In this document: one piece after another, positions 1-9,182 of the stretch
Position numbering within the stretch: the first letter of the stretch is position 1
Layout of the letters: each line of letters opens with the position of its first letter
Source: an uncultured Gammaproteobacteria bacterium
Lineage (GTDB): Bacteria; Pseudomonadota; Gammaproteobacteria; Steroidobacterales; Rariloculaceae
Length of the DNA stretch: 60,692 nucleotides
Assembly (NCBI GenBank): GCA_964553875.1
Contig: CAZKNH010000008.1
Coordinates: forward strand, 1 to 60,692
Direction of reading: 5' to 3'
Notes under the pieces: model-generated
What the model was told of the DNA's origin: nothing
The model's input: the letters and a program-made list of their open reading frames with translations, nothing else
Database searches by the model: none
Position numbers and translations under genes: made by a program

Positions 1-893
1 ATCTTGCGGTCGACGATGATCCGCTCGACGGACATGCAGATCTGACCCTGGTGCATGAAGGAGCCGAACGTCGCCGCGTTCACGGCGCGCTCGAGGTCCG
101 CATCGTCGAGAACGATCAGCGCGTCCTTGCCGCCGAGCTCGAGCACGCAGCGCTTCAGGAGCGCGCCGGCCTGCGCCGCGATCTTCGCGCCGACCGCGGT
201 CGAGCCTGTGAAGCTGATCCCGCGCACGGCCGGGTTCGCGACGAGCTCGTCGCCGACCTCGGCGACGCGCTCGCGCGAGCACGTCACGACGTTGAACACG
301 CCTTTCGGCACGCCAGCCTCGGCGAGGATCTCCGCGAGCAGCAGGCCGCCGGCCACGGGCGTCTCCTCCGACGGCTTGAGGACCACCGCGTTGCCGACCG
401 CGAGCGCGACCGCGATGCCGCGCGACGAGAGGATGACCGGGAAGTTCCACGGCGAGATCACCGTGACGACGCCCAGCGGCTCGCGCGCGACGAGGCTCAG
501 CTTGTTCAGATCCGACGGCAGGATCTCGCCGGTGACCTGGTAGGCCGCGGCCGCGGCCGCGCGATACACGCCCGCGCTGTAGTTCGTCTCGAACATCGCC
601 TTGCCGATCCAGGAGCCGCCCTCGTCGATGATGACCTCCTGGATCTCCTTCGCCCGCGCCTCGAGAATGTCGCCGGCTCGTGCGATGATGCGCGCCCGTT
701 CGGAATGGGACAGCGCGGCCCATGCCGGCTGCGCGTCGCGCGCCGCCGCGATCGCCTTGGCCGCGTCCTCGCGCGAAGCGTCGGCGACGTGCGTCCAGAC
801 TTCGCCCGTCGCAGGGTTGTAGACCGGGAACGTCGCGCCACCCGCGGCGGCCACCCACTCTCCGTTGATGAAGAGATTTCTGTTGCTGCTCAT
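1..893 (-). CDS. NAD(P)+-dependent aldehyde dehydrogenase (N-terminal ~297 codons; 3' end runs off the window)
   Basis: Absent from the ORF track because it is open at the window edge. The reverse complement from ATG 893-891 reads MSSNRNLFINGEWV...PLGVVTVISPWNFP...VLKPSEETP...ELGGKDA...GQICMS (ALDH ELGGK and catalytic-Cys motifs). GGAGGA lies 7 nt upstream of the ATG. Confidence 0.85.
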   Translation of the reverse strand, partial: MSSNRNLFINGEWVAAAGGATFPVYNPATGEVWTHVADASREDAAKAIAAARDAQPAWAALSHSERARIIARAGDILEARAKEIQEVIIDEGGSWIGKAMFETNYSAGVYRAAAAAAYQVTGEILPSDLNKLSLVAREPLGVVTVISPWNFPVILSSRGIAVALAVGNAVVLKPSEETPVAGGLLLAEILAEAGVPKGVFNVVTCSRERVAEVGDELVANPAVRGISFTGSTAVGAKIAAQAGALLKRCVLELGGKDALIVLDDADLERAVNAATFGSFMHQGQICMSVERIIVDRK

Positions 894-1154
894 CACCGTT
901 TCCTCCGTCATGCAGCGGACCGCCTGCCGCGGCTCGTCGATTGTGCGAAACGTGCCACGATCACGTTCATGCCTGTGGTCGCGCCGGAAAATTCTCGTTC
1001 TTGTCGAATGCGCACACGCGGCGCTTCGCCGTGCGGTGCCGTCCGTTGGTACAAGTAGTATAGGTAACCGCCTGACCGATTGGCAGCGCGGGCGCGGCTT
1101 CGCCGAGCGGCGACGCGATGCGCTCCGCCGCACGTGCTTGTTAGCATTCGCCGG

Positions 1155-2717
1155 ATGACTCGGCACCGTTTCGTTCCGGCAGGGGCGGGCGCCCTGTCGG
1201 CCGTCGTCGCGGCCGCGGCCGTCGCGATGGCCGTGATGCTCCAGGCCTGCGTGCCGCTGCCGTCACTCGATCGATCCCCGTCGGCCCCGGTTTCGCTGCG
1301 GACCGAGCCGGCCGCTGCAGGCGCGCTTGCGCGCTTCGCGGACCGCGTCGAGAGCGGCCTCGCGGAGCGCGAGTCCGCCTTCTGGCTGCTCGACGACAAT
1401 GCGGATTCGCTGAGGATCCGGATCGCCCTCGTCGACCTTGCCGCCGAGACGCTCGATATCCAGTACTTCATCTGGCAGGACGACAGAACCGGTCGTCTGC
1501 TGATGCAGCACGTCGTCGACGCGGCGGAACGCGGCGTCCGCGTCCGATTCCTGATCGACGATCTCGCCGTCGCCGGCCGCGACGAGGAGCTCCACGCGCT
1601 CGCCGCGCATCCGCGGATCGAGGTGCGGCTGTTCAACCCGTGGCGCGTGCGGTCTCCGCTCGGCCGGCCCTTCGAGTTCGTCGCGCGGATCGACCGCCTG
1701 AATCACCGCATGCACAACAAGATCTTCGTCGCGGACGGGCGGTTCGGGATCATCGGCGGTCGGAACATCGGCGACCGCTATTTCGGCGTCTACGAGCGAT
1801 TCGTGCAGAACGATATCGATCTCTTGATCGCTGGCCCGCTGCTCGAAGACCTGCGCGACTCGTTCGATGCGTATTGGAACAGCCCGCTGGCGCGGCCGCT
1901 GCCCGACCGCGACGTGCCTGCGGATCGGCGGTTTGCCACCGCGAGCGGCGCGAGCATCGCCCAAGAGGACGAGATGCTCCGCGCGTTCTCCACTCCGCCG
2001 GGCGGCTGGGAGTCGTGGACCGAGGCCTTCCTCGGCGAGCCGATGCGGGGAGAGGGCGAGGTGCTCGTCGATGCTCCGGACGTCGATCGGGAACGCCCGC
2101 TCGATCTCTACACGCGCTTCAAGGCATTCGTCGCGCAGGCGAAGGACGAGCTGATCCTGAGCTCGCCGTATCTCGTTCCGGACCGCGCGTTCGTCGCGCT
2201 CATCGAGAACGCGGTCGAGCGCGGCGTCCGGGTACGCATCCTGACGAATTCGCTCGCGTCGAACAGCCACGTCGTCGCACATTCGGCGTACAAGAAATGG
2301 CGCCGCGCGCTGCTCGAAACGGGCGCCGAGCTCTACGAGATGCGCCCGGACGCGGCGATCCTCGCGGAGTACAGGACACCGCCGGCCGAGCCCGCACGGC
2401 TCGCGCTGCATACGAAGGCGGCTGTCGTCGATCGGCGCTGGAGCTTCGTCGGGTCGCCGAACATCGATCCGCGCTCGATGGTCTGGAACACCGAGGTCGG
2501 CGTGATCGCGGACGATCCGTCGCTCGCGGCCGCGCTGGCCCGCATACTCGAGCGCGACATGCAGCCCGAGAACTCGTGGCGCGTCACGCTCGAGGACGGC
2601 GGCTGGCTCAAGTGGTGGAACGGCGACGAGTCGCTCGGCCGTCAGCCGGCGAACGGGTTCTCGCAGCGGGCGGTGGAGTTCTTCCTGAACCTGCTGCCGA
2701 TCAAGAACCAGACGTGA
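1155..2717 (+). CDS. Phospholipase D / cardiolipin-synthase-like family protein, probable lipoprotein
   Basis: ORF 1080..2717 trimmed to ATG 1155 (MTRHRF..., signal ending VMLQAC). Two HKD motifs: HNKIFVAD..GGRNIGDRY and HTKAAVVD..GSPNID. Confidence 0.85.
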   Translation: MTRHRFVPAGAGALSAVVAAAAVAMAVMLQACVPLPSLDRSPSAPVSLRTEPAAAGALARFADRVESGLAERESAFWLLDDNADSLRIRIALVDLAAETLDIQYFIWQDDRTGRLLMQHVVDAAERGVRVRFLIDDLAVAGRDEELHALAAHPRIEVRLFNPWRVRSPLGRPFEFVARIDRLNHRMHNKIFVADGRFGIIGGRNIGDRYFGVYERFVQNDIDLLIAGPLLEDLRDSFDAYWNSPLARPLPDRDVPADRRFATASGASIAQEDEMLRAFSTPPGGWESWTEAFLGEPMRGEGEVLVDAPDVDRERPLDLYTRFKAFVAQAKDELILSSPYLVPDRAFVALIENAVERGVRVRILTNSLASNSHVVAHSAYKKWRRALLETGAELYEMRPDAAILAEYRTPPAEPARLALHTKAAVVDRRWSFVGSPNIDPRSMVWNTEVGVIADDPSLAAALARILERDMQPENSWRVTLEDGGWLKWWNGDESLGRQPANGFSQRAVEFFLNLLPIKNQT

Positions 2718-2734
2718 CGGCCGGCCCGGCCGTC
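2716..2734. terminator. GC hairpin shared by two convergent genes (possible bidirectional terminator)
   Basis: GACGGCCGG-C-CCGGCCGTC is a perfect inverted repeat. The left arm contains the PLD stop TGA (2715-2717) and the right arm contains the fdxA stop (complement of 2733-2735). No T-run. Confidence 0.4.
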
Positions 2735-3056
2735 ACCGCTCGAGATACTGGAGCTTGTCCTTGACGTCTTTCCACTCGTCCGCGTCCTCGGGGGGAGCCT
2801 TCGCCTTCGTGATCACCGGCCACTCTTTCGCGAGCTCGGCGTTCAACGCGAGAAACTGCTCCTGCCCCGGCGGCACGTCGTCCTCGGACACTATGGCCTC
2901 GACCGGGCATTCCGGCTCGCAGAGCGTGCAGTCGATGCACTCCTCGGGGTCGATCACGAGCATGTTCGGCCCTTCGTGGAAACAATCGACCGGGCACACC
3001 TCGACGCAGTCGGTGTACTTACACTTGATGCAGGCCTCGGTGACTACGAACGTCAT
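2733..3056 (-). CDS. fdxA: 7Fe (3Fe-4S + 4Fe-4S) ferredoxin, Azotobacter FdxA type
   Basis: 107 aa: [29 protein letters not shown]...[16 protein letters not shown], the classical FdI cysteine pattern and length. Confidence 0.93.
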   Translation of the reverse strand: MTFVVTEACIKCKYTDCVEVCPVDCFHEGPNMLVIDPEECIDCTLCEPECPVEAIVSEDDVPPGQEQFLALNAELAKEWPVITKAKAPPEDADEWKDVKDKLQYLER

Positions 3057-3164
3057 CCCTGAAAATCCTCCGGGCGGGGGCGCGGAAGCGCGCGCATTGT
3101 CCTACAAAAAGCGCCATCCATCCAGACGGAATTTCCGTCGAACTCCGAGCCGCGCGCGGAGTCG

Positions 3165-3197
3165 GACAGAATATCGGGGCGGGTTCGAGCCGCCCCG
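3165..3197 (-). terminator. Intrinsic terminator downstream of the 2Fe-2S ferredoxin gene
   Basis: On the minus strand: CGGGGCGG-cucgaac-CCGCCCCG followed by AUAUUCUG. Starts 10 nt after the stop at 3207. Confidence 0.5.
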
Positions 3198-3206
3198 GAG
3201 GACCGC

Positions 3207-3527
3207 TCAGATCTGCGCCTCGGGCACCGTGACGGTGAGCCCGTCGAGTTCGTCCGTGAGCTGGATCTGGCAGCTCAGCCGGCTGTTCGGACGCCGATCG
3301 ATCACGCAGTCGAGCATGCCGTCCTCCTGCGCGTCGGGGGGCGTCAGGCGGTCGAGCCAATCCGGATCGACGTAGACGTGGCACGTGGCGCACGAGCAGG
3401 CGCCGCCGCATTCGGCGATGATGCCTTCGATATTGTTGTCGACGGCAGCCTCCATCACGGTCGTGCCCGGCTCGGCCTCGACCTCCCGGACGGTGCCGTC
3501 CGGCTCGATGTACGTGACCCGGGTCAT
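3207..3527 (-). CDS. [2Fe-2S] ferredoxin, adrenodoxin/putidaredoxin type
   Basis: ORF 3207..3674 trimmed to ATG 3527 (MTRVTYIEPDG). ECGGACSCATCHVYV ... SRLSCQ supplies the four Cys ligands in the vertebrate-type spacing. Confidence 0.88.
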   Translation of the reverse strand: MTRVTYIEPDGTVREVEAEPGTTVMEAAVDNNIEGIIAECGGACSCATCHVYVDPDWLDRLTPPDAQEDGMLDCVIDRRPNSRLSCQIQLTDELDGLTVTVPEAQI

Positions 3528-3715
3528 CGTCCCCGGGAGGCCGCTTCGGCCGGATGACGTCGGACTCGGTGCAGTTGAATATCCATATTCGCTTTGCATC
3601 AGGTTGAACGGCTTGGGGGCCGCTATAATCGCGCCGATTTTCTGAACCGTACGCGTGTCGAAACCCGCTTCCACGAAGCGCCCGCGACTCTACTTTTGAT
3701 GGGCTGCGACTGCAA

Positions 3716-5605
3716 ATGATCCATTCCGAACAACCCGTACCCGAGTCCATCGTCGTCCGCTTCGCGGGAGATTCCGGCGATGGCGTGCAGCTGATGGGCA
3801 CGCAATTCGTCGGGGCCACGGCCCTGGCCGGAAAAGATTTCGGCACTTTCCCGGATTATCCGGCCGAGATCCGCGCGCCGGCAGGGACGACCTTCGGTGT
3901 GTCCGCCTACCAGATCCACCTCGGCGCAGGCCCGATCACGACGGCCGGCGACGCTCCGCAGGTGCTCGTTGCGTTCAACCCCGCCGCGCTGAAGGTGAAT
4001 CTGCCGCTGCTCGAGCGGGGTGCGCTGATCATCCTGAACACGGATGCGTTCACGAGCCGCGGGCTCGCGAAGGCGGGCTACGCCGAGGATCCGCGCCAGA
4101 GCGGCGCGCTCGACGGCTTCCAGGTGATCGAGCTCGACATCGCGAAGCTCACGGCCGAAGCCGTGAAGCCGTTCGGGTTGAGCAAGAGCGACGCGGGCCG
4201 CTGCAAGAACTTCTGGGCGCTCGGGCTCGTGCAGTGGATGTTCGGCCACGGCATCGACTCGATCGAAGCGTGGATTCGCAAGCGTTTCGCGGCGAACGAG
4301 CCGGTACGGGACGCGAACGTCGCGGCGCTCCAGGCGGGGCACGCGTACGGCGAGACCGCCGAGCTTGCGGCCGCGATTCCGCAGCTCAGGACGCAGCGCG
4401 CGAAGTTTCCGCCCGGCGAGTACCGCGGCATCCGCGGCAGCGACGCGCTCGCGCTCGGCATCGCCGCCGCGGGGGAGCTTGCGGATCGGCCGGTGCTCTT
4501 CTGCTCGTATCCCATCACGCCCGCGTCGCCGCTGCTGCACAGGCTTGCGCAGATGGGCGAGCACGGCATCGGCGTGTTCCAGGCCGAGGACGAGATTGCC
4601 GCGGTTTGCGCCGCGATCGGCGCGTCCTACGGCGGTGCGATCGGCATCACGTCGAGCTCGGGGCCGGGCATCGCGCTCAAGACCGAGGCGATCGGGCTCG
4701 CGATCAACGCGGAGCTGCCGCTCGTGATCATCGACTCGCAGCGCGGCGGCCCGTCGACCGGTCTGCCGACCAAGACGGAGCAATCGGACCTCTATCAGGC
4801 CGTCTACGGCCGCAACGCCGATGCGCCGGTGCCGGTTCTCGCGGCGCGCTCGCCGAGCGATTGCTTCGAGGTCGCGATCGAGGCCGTGCGCATCGCGATC
4901 CGCCACATGACGCCGGTGTTCCTGCTGACCGACGGCTATCTCGCGAACGCCGCGGAGCCGTGGCGCATTCCGGATGTCGACAAGTATCCGCCAATCGAGG
5001 CGCGCACCGTCGATCCGGCGCGCGTGCAGCAGGGTGAGAAGCCGATCTTCGACCGCGATCCCGAGAGCCTGGGCCGGCCGTGGATCGCGCCCGGGATGCC
5101 CGGCCTGATGCACCGGGTCGGCGGCCTCGAGAAGGACATCCGCACGGGGCACATCTCGTACGATCCGGCGAACCACGAGGCAATGACCCGGCTCCGCGCC
5201 GAGAAGGTCGCATCGGTCGCGCGTTTCATTCCGCCGCAGCGCGTCGAGGTCGGCGCCGAGGCAGGCGATCTCGCGGTCGTCGGCTGGGGGTCGACGTACG
5301 GCGCGCTCTACCAGGCGGTACAGCAGGTCGCGAGGACGGGCGCGAAGGTCGGTCTGATCCATTTGCGGTACTTGAATCCGTTCCCGGCGAACCTGGGCGA
5401 GCTGCTCGCGGGCTTCGAGCGCGTGCTCGTGCCCGAGATGAACATGGGGCAGCTCGCGACGCTGCTGCGCGATCGCCTCGACGTGCGGCCCGTGCAGCTC
5501 AACAAGGTCACCGGCCAGCCGTTCCTCGTCTCCGAGGTCGTGGCTGCGATCAAGCGGGAACTCGCCGAGCTTTCGGGCGCCCAACGAAAGCCGAGGGCGG
5601 TGTGA
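3716..5605 (+). CDS. korA: 2-oxoglutarate/2-oxoacid:ferredoxin oxidoreductase, alpha subunit
   Basis: 629 aa. VVRFAGDSGDGVQLMG...FPDYPAEIRAP N-terminus and overall length are typical of the fused gamma/alpha subunit of two-subunit OFORs. Immediately followed by the beta subunit. Confidence 0.9.
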   Translation: MIHSEQPVPESIVVRFAGDSGDGVQLMGTQFVGATALAGKDFGTFPDYPAEIRAPAGTTFGVSAYQIHLGAGPITTAGDAPQVLVAFNPAALKVNLPLLERGALIILNTDAFTSRGLAKAGYAEDPRQSGALDGFQVIELDIAKLTAEAVKPFGLSKSDAGRCKNFWALGLVQWMFGHGIDSIEAWIRKRFAANEPVRDANVAALQAGHAYGETAELAAAIPQLRTQRAKFPPGEYRGIRGSDALALGIAAAGELADRPVLFCSYPITPASPLLHRLAQMGEHGIGVFQAEDEIAAVCAAIGASYGGAIGITSSSGPGIALKTEAIGLAINAELPLVIIDSQRGGPSTGLPTKTEQSDLYQAVYGRNADAPVPVLAARSPSDCFEVAIEAVRIAIRHMTPVFLLTDGYLANAAEPWRIPDVDKYPPIEARTVDPARVQQGEKPIFDRDPESLGRPWIAPGMPGLMHRVGGLEKDIRTGHISYDPANHEAMTRLRAEKVASVARFIPPQRVEVGAEAGDLAVVGWGSTYGALYQAVQQVARTGAKVGLIHLRYLNPFPANLGELLAGFERVLVPEMNMGQLATLLRDRLDVRPVQLNKVTGQPFLVSEVVAAIKRELAELSGAQRKPRAV

Positions 5606-5654
5606 TGCGGAGCGGAAGGAACTTCCGCAGGGCGGTCAACGAAGGAGCCCGTGC

Positions 5655-6659
5655 ATGAACGCGGCGGTCGACAGACTCACGGCGAAGGACTTCGAGAGCG
5701 AGCAGGAGGTACGCTGGTGCCCCGGCTGCGGCGACTACGCGATTCTGAGATCGGTGACGCGTGCGCTCGCCGACGTCGGCGCTCGTCCCGAGCAGACCGT
5801 GTTCGTATCGGGCATCGGCTGCTCGTCGCGCTTTCCGTACTACGTCGAGACGTACGGCTTCCACACGATCCACGGGCGCGCGCCCGCGATCGCGACGGGC
5901 TTGAAGCTCGCGCAGCCCGATCTCGACGTGTGGGTCGTGACCGGTGACGGCGACGGCCTGTCGATCGGCGGCAACCATTTGCTGCATGCGCTCCGCCGCA
6001 ACGTCGGGCTGAAGATCCTGCTCTTCAACAACGAGGTCTACGGGCTCACGAAGGGGCAATACTCGCCGACGTCGCGGCCGGGCACGCGGACGCCGTCGAC
6101 GCCCGCGGGGTCGTTCGACGCTCCGGTCGTGCCGGGGCTCTTCGCGCTCGGCGCCGGCGCCCGTTTCGTCGCGCGCGCAATCGACGTCGACAAGACCGGC
6201 CTCGGCGGTGTGCTCGAGGCCGCGCACGCGTTCGACGGCGCGGCGTTCGTCGAGATCTTCCAGAACTGCATCGTTTACAACGACGGCGTATTCAGCGCGT
6301 TCACGGAGAAGGAGCGGGCGGCCGACACGCAGCTTCACGTGGAGCACGGCAAGCCGCTCGTGTTCGGCGAAGGCGGCTCGAAGGGGCTCGCGTTCAATGC
6401 GAAGACGCTGTCGCTCCAGGTCGTCGATGCGCGCGAGCGGCCGGACGACGTTCTCGTGCACGACGAGACGAACCCGACACTCGCGCAGCTGCTGCTGTCG
6501 ATGAGGACGCCCGAGTTTCCGGTCGCGCTCGGCGTCGTGTACCGCAACCCAGCCGAAAGCTTCGAGAAGGTCTTCTACGCGAAGCACCCGACGCAGATGC
6601 AACGCACCGCGAAGGTCGCGGACGCGCTGCGGCAGACGAGCACGTGGCGGGTGAAGTAG
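5655..6659 (+). CDS. korB: 2-oxoglutarate/2-oxoacid:ferredoxin oxidoreductase, beta (TPP-binding) subunit
   Basis: 334 aa. EVRWCPGCGDYAIL, GIGCSSRFPYY, TGDGDGLSIGGNH (TPP GDG motif). Confidence 0.9.
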   Translation: MNAAVDRLTAKDFESEQEVRWCPGCGDYAILRSVTRALADVGARPEQTVFVSGIGCSSRFPYYVETYGFHTIHGRAPAIATGLKLAQPDLDVWVVTGDGDGLSIGGNHLLHALRRNVGLKILLFNNEVYGLTKGQYSPTSRPGTRTPSTPAGSFDAPVVPGLFALGAGARFVARAIDVDKTGLGGVLEAAHAFDGAAFVEIFQNCIVYNDGVFSAFTEKERAADTQLHVEHGKPLVFGEGGSKGLAFNAKTLSLQVVDARERPDDVLVHDETNPTLAQLLLSMRTPEFPVALGVVYRNPAESFEKVFYAKHPTQMQRTAKVADALRQTSTWRVK

Positions 6660-6663
6660 GTCC

Positions 6664-6709
6664 GTGTCAGACACCATTCTTCCCGAGCGGGAAAAATGGT
6701 GTCTGACAC
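6664..6709. repeat. 46-bp extended perfect palindrome (REP-like; probable bidirectional terminator)
   Basis: GTGTCAGACACCATT (6664-6678) and AATGGTGTCTGACAC (6695-6709) are exact reverse complements. The 16-nt spacer itself pairs (TTCCCG/CGGGAA). Sits between the convergent korB and dipeptidase stops. The core GTC(A/T)GAC is shared with the repeat array at 60.3 kb. Confidence 0.8.
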
Positions 6710-6738
6710 ATGAGGGCTCCGACCCGGACCGCCAAACG

Positions 6739-7986
6739 TCACCGCCGCGCCGCGCGCTCGACCTCGCGCCAGACGCGAAGCAGGTTGCCGCTCCAGAGCT
6801 TCTCGATTTCCTCTCGCGTATAGCCGCGCGCCTCGAGCGCGCGCGTCACGGCGGGCGTCTCCGCCGCGTCCGCCCAGCCGATCACGCCGCCGCCTCCGCC
6901 GAAGTCCGACGAGATGCCGACATGATCGATGCCGACGAGGCGGACCGCGTAGTCGATGTGATCGACGAGATCCTCGACGGTCGACGGCGGCCACCGCTGC
7001 TGGTGCTCCTGAACGCGCCGCAGGAAGCGGGTACGGTCTTCTTCCGGCAGGCGCTCGATGTCCCGCGGCGACGAGATGCCGAACTCCGCACGCAGCGCCG
7101 CATCGGCGGCGACTGCCTCGGCATCGTGGCGGAGATAGATGTCGTACGCGACGATCTGCACGACGCCGCCGTTGTCGCGCAGCGCGAGCAGCGTCTCGTC
7201 GTCGAGATTGCGCGGATGATCGGCGAGCGCGTGCACGCTCGAGTGCGACGCGATCACGGGCGCCCGCGAGAGCCGGATCGCATCGAGCGCGCTTTGCTTC
7301 GACGCGTGCGAGATATCGACCATCATCCCTAAGTCGTTCATTCGGGCGATGACGCGTTCGCCGAACTCGCTGACGCCGCCATGCTCCGTCTCGGCGTCAC
7401 CGAGCTCCTCGCGCGGCTGCGCGGAGTCCGCGATGTCGTTGTGCCCGTTGTGCACGAGCGTCATGTAGCGCGCGCCGAGATCGTAGTATCGGTCGAGCAA
7501 GTCGAGGTCGCGGCCGATCACGTAGCCGTTCTCGATCCCGATCGCGGCGGCGAGCTTGCCCTCCGCCACGAGGCGCTCGACGTCGGCCGGTGTCGTTGCG
7601 AGACCGATCAGGTCGGGATAGAGCTCGCCGGTCATGCGGCGAATCGCGTCGAACTTGATCAGCGCGTCGCGCTGCGCGGCTGCATAGCCCTCGTCGTTGC
7701 GCGCGGCCTGGCCGACGTAGACGATGAAGAACGCCGCATCGAGGCCGCCGCGCCGCATCTTCTCGAGATTGACCTGCAGCGGGGCCGTCCGCGGGTCGAC
7801 GGCGGGCGTCGCGAAGTCGAACGGAATGTCGACGTGCGTATCGAGCGTCAGCGTCGCTCCGTGCAGGTCGGCCGCGGGCGGGGCGACGATCGCCGCGGAA
7901 GGCGCACCGGTCGGACCGCCGTCGCACGCGGCGACGCACAACGTCGCGGTGAGCACGAGCAGGGCGCTGCTCGGGTGTCGGGTCAT
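6739..7986 (-). CDS. Membrane (renal-type) dipeptidase, peptidase family M19, lipoprotein
   Basis: 415 aa. Lipobox LCVAAC. THVDIPFDF, LVHNGHNDIADS, VDISHAS, IASHSSVHAL match M19 metal-ligand regions. Confidence 0.88.
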   Translation of the reverse strand: MTRHPSSALLVLTATLCVAACDGGPTGAPSAAIVAPPAADLHGATLTLDTHVDIPFDFATPAVDPRTAPLQVNLEKMRRGGLDAAFFIVYVGQAARNDEGYAAAQRDALIKFDAIRRMTGELYPDLIGLATTPADVERLVAEGKLAAAIGIENGYVIGRDLDLLDRYYDLGARYMTLVHNGHNDIADSAQPREELGDAETEHGGVSEFGERVIARMNDLGMMVDISHASKQSALDAIRLSRAPVIASHSSVHALADHPRNLDDETLLALRDNGGVVQIVAYDIYLRHDAEAVAADAALRAEFGISSPRDIERLPEEDRTRFLRRVQEHQQRWPPSTVEDLVDHIDYAVRLVGIDHVGISSDFGGGGGVIGWADAAETPAVTRALEARGYTREEIEKLWSGNLLRVWREVERAARR

Positions 7987-8129
7987 CGGGACCTCCGTTT
8001 CGATGGCGCGCGCTCGAACGCGAGCGGCCGATGGGTCGACGGCCTATTCTATGGGGATCTCGACGGGTTTGGGGCGGCTTCCCCGGCGACGGTGGGCGGA
8101 GCGGCGTTTCGCGGGGCCGGACGCTTCGA

Positions 8130-8270
8130 TCACCACTTGCGGCTGACCCAGAAAAATCCGGCGCCGAGCGCGACGCCGATCAGACCGGCGAGCGAGTTGT
8201 CGTTCGAGATCTGGTAGACGCTGTAGAGCAGGATCACGATCGTCATGCCGTATCGCACGAAAGGAGACAT
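8130..8270 (-). CDS. Hypothetical 46-aa membrane peptide
   Basis: Below the ORF-track size cut-off. MSPFVRYGMTIVILLYSVYQISNDNSLAGLIGVALGAGFFWVSRKW has two hydrophobic segments, mostly G/C-ending codons, and the same strand as the dipeptidase gene 143 nt downstream. Confidence 0.35.
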   Translation of the reverse strand: MSPFVRYGMTIVILLYSVYQISNDNSLAGLIGVALGAGFFWVSRKW

Positions 8271-8400
8271 CGCGCGTAGTCCTCGAATCAACCCGCACAC
8301 CAGACGCAGGATTGTTTATAGCACGGAACCTTTAGTGAAGCTCGGGTTTTCCGTAAGTCCGAGACGGAATGGTGCACTTCGAGAGAGAGGAGACCTTCGA

Positions 8401-8817
8401 ATGACCGACGAAGTCTCGCCGTGGCGCGTGATCCGCGTGACCGTGGTGACCGCCTTCCTTGCGGCGGCCTCGAGCTTCGATGCGGCCGCACAACAAGGCG
8501 CCGAGCGCGAGGCGGAACGCGATCGGCGGGAAGAGCTGACGCTCGAGGAGCGGGTCGCCGCGCTCGAGCGTGCGGTCGCGAGCCTCGATACCCGGCTCGA
8601 CGCAAGAACGGTCGGGCGAAGCGAGGACGTGCCGGCGCCGGGCGCGGCGGCTCTCGAGCAGCGCGTCGCACAGCTCGAGCGCACGCTCGCAATGCTGCGT
8701 GCCGACATCGATCGCATCGCACGAACCGCGGACACGGCGCTGCGGACCGCGACCGACGCGCAGCGCACGGCTGCAATCGCGGAGCGCGAGGCGCGAAACG
8801 CCGCGTCGCGCTTTTGA
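8401..8817 (+). CDS. Hypothetical exported coiled-coil protein
   Basis: ORF 8245..8817 trimmed to ATG 8401 (MTDEVSPWRVIRVTVVTAFLAAASSFDAAAQQ is signal-like). The rest is heptad-like, Ala/Arg/Glu/Leu rich (LEERVAALERAV..., LEQRVAQLERTL...). Confidence 0.6.
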   Translation: MTDEVSPWRVIRVTVVTAFLAAASSFDAAAQQGAEREAERDRREELTLEERVAALERAVASLDTRLDARTVGRSEDVPAPGAAALEQRVAQLERTLAMLRADIDRIARTADTALRTATDAQRTAAIAEREARNAASRF

Positions 8818-8875
8818 AGGGGCGCGGGTTACAATGCCGGACGCGGGGGGCCGTCGGGGGCGCGTCCCCCGCGAC

Positions 8876-8951
8876 GCCCCGGTAGCTCAGGGGATAGAGC
8901 GTCCGCCTCCTAAGCGGAAGGTCACAGGTTCGAATCCTGTTCGGGGCACCA
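8876..8951 (+). tRNA. tRNA-Arg (anticodon CCT)
   Basis: Cloverleaf by eye: GCCCCGG/TA/GCTC-AGGGGATA-GAGC/G/TCCGC-CTCCTAA-GCGGA/AGGTC/ACAGG-TTCGAAT-CCTGT/TCGGGGC/A/CCA. TACAAT box at 8830-8835. Confidence 0.93.
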
Positions 8952-9182
8952 GCGCTGCCGCCCGTCCTTTGGCTTCGGCTCGACCGGTCTTGAAAGCGGC
9001 TGGTGCTTTTCGCCGACGGTGCGACTTCGGCCGATCGGCGTAGCAGAATGTTCCGCCGGGCTCGTTCTTGATCGCACAGGAGTTTCTTCGAGTCCGGATC
9101 ACGCTTCCTTCTCTTCGGCGCCGCTTCTCGTCTCGTCCGGAAACGACGCCATTGAACCCGCGTCGCGGGAAAGGACCGGGAA

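Noticed and set aside
1155-2717. PLD-family protein as a defence nuclease (Nuc-like).
   Set aside because: It is a two-HKD, about 520-aa architecture with a lipoprotein signal, which fits phospholipase D/cardiolipin-synthase-like enzymes. There are no partner genes.
3623-5584. 653-aa ORF antisense to korA.
   Set aside because: It has an Arg/Ala/Leu/Asp-rich low-complexity translation, which is typical of antisense frames in high-GC DNA. The opposite strand encodes an unmistakable KorA.
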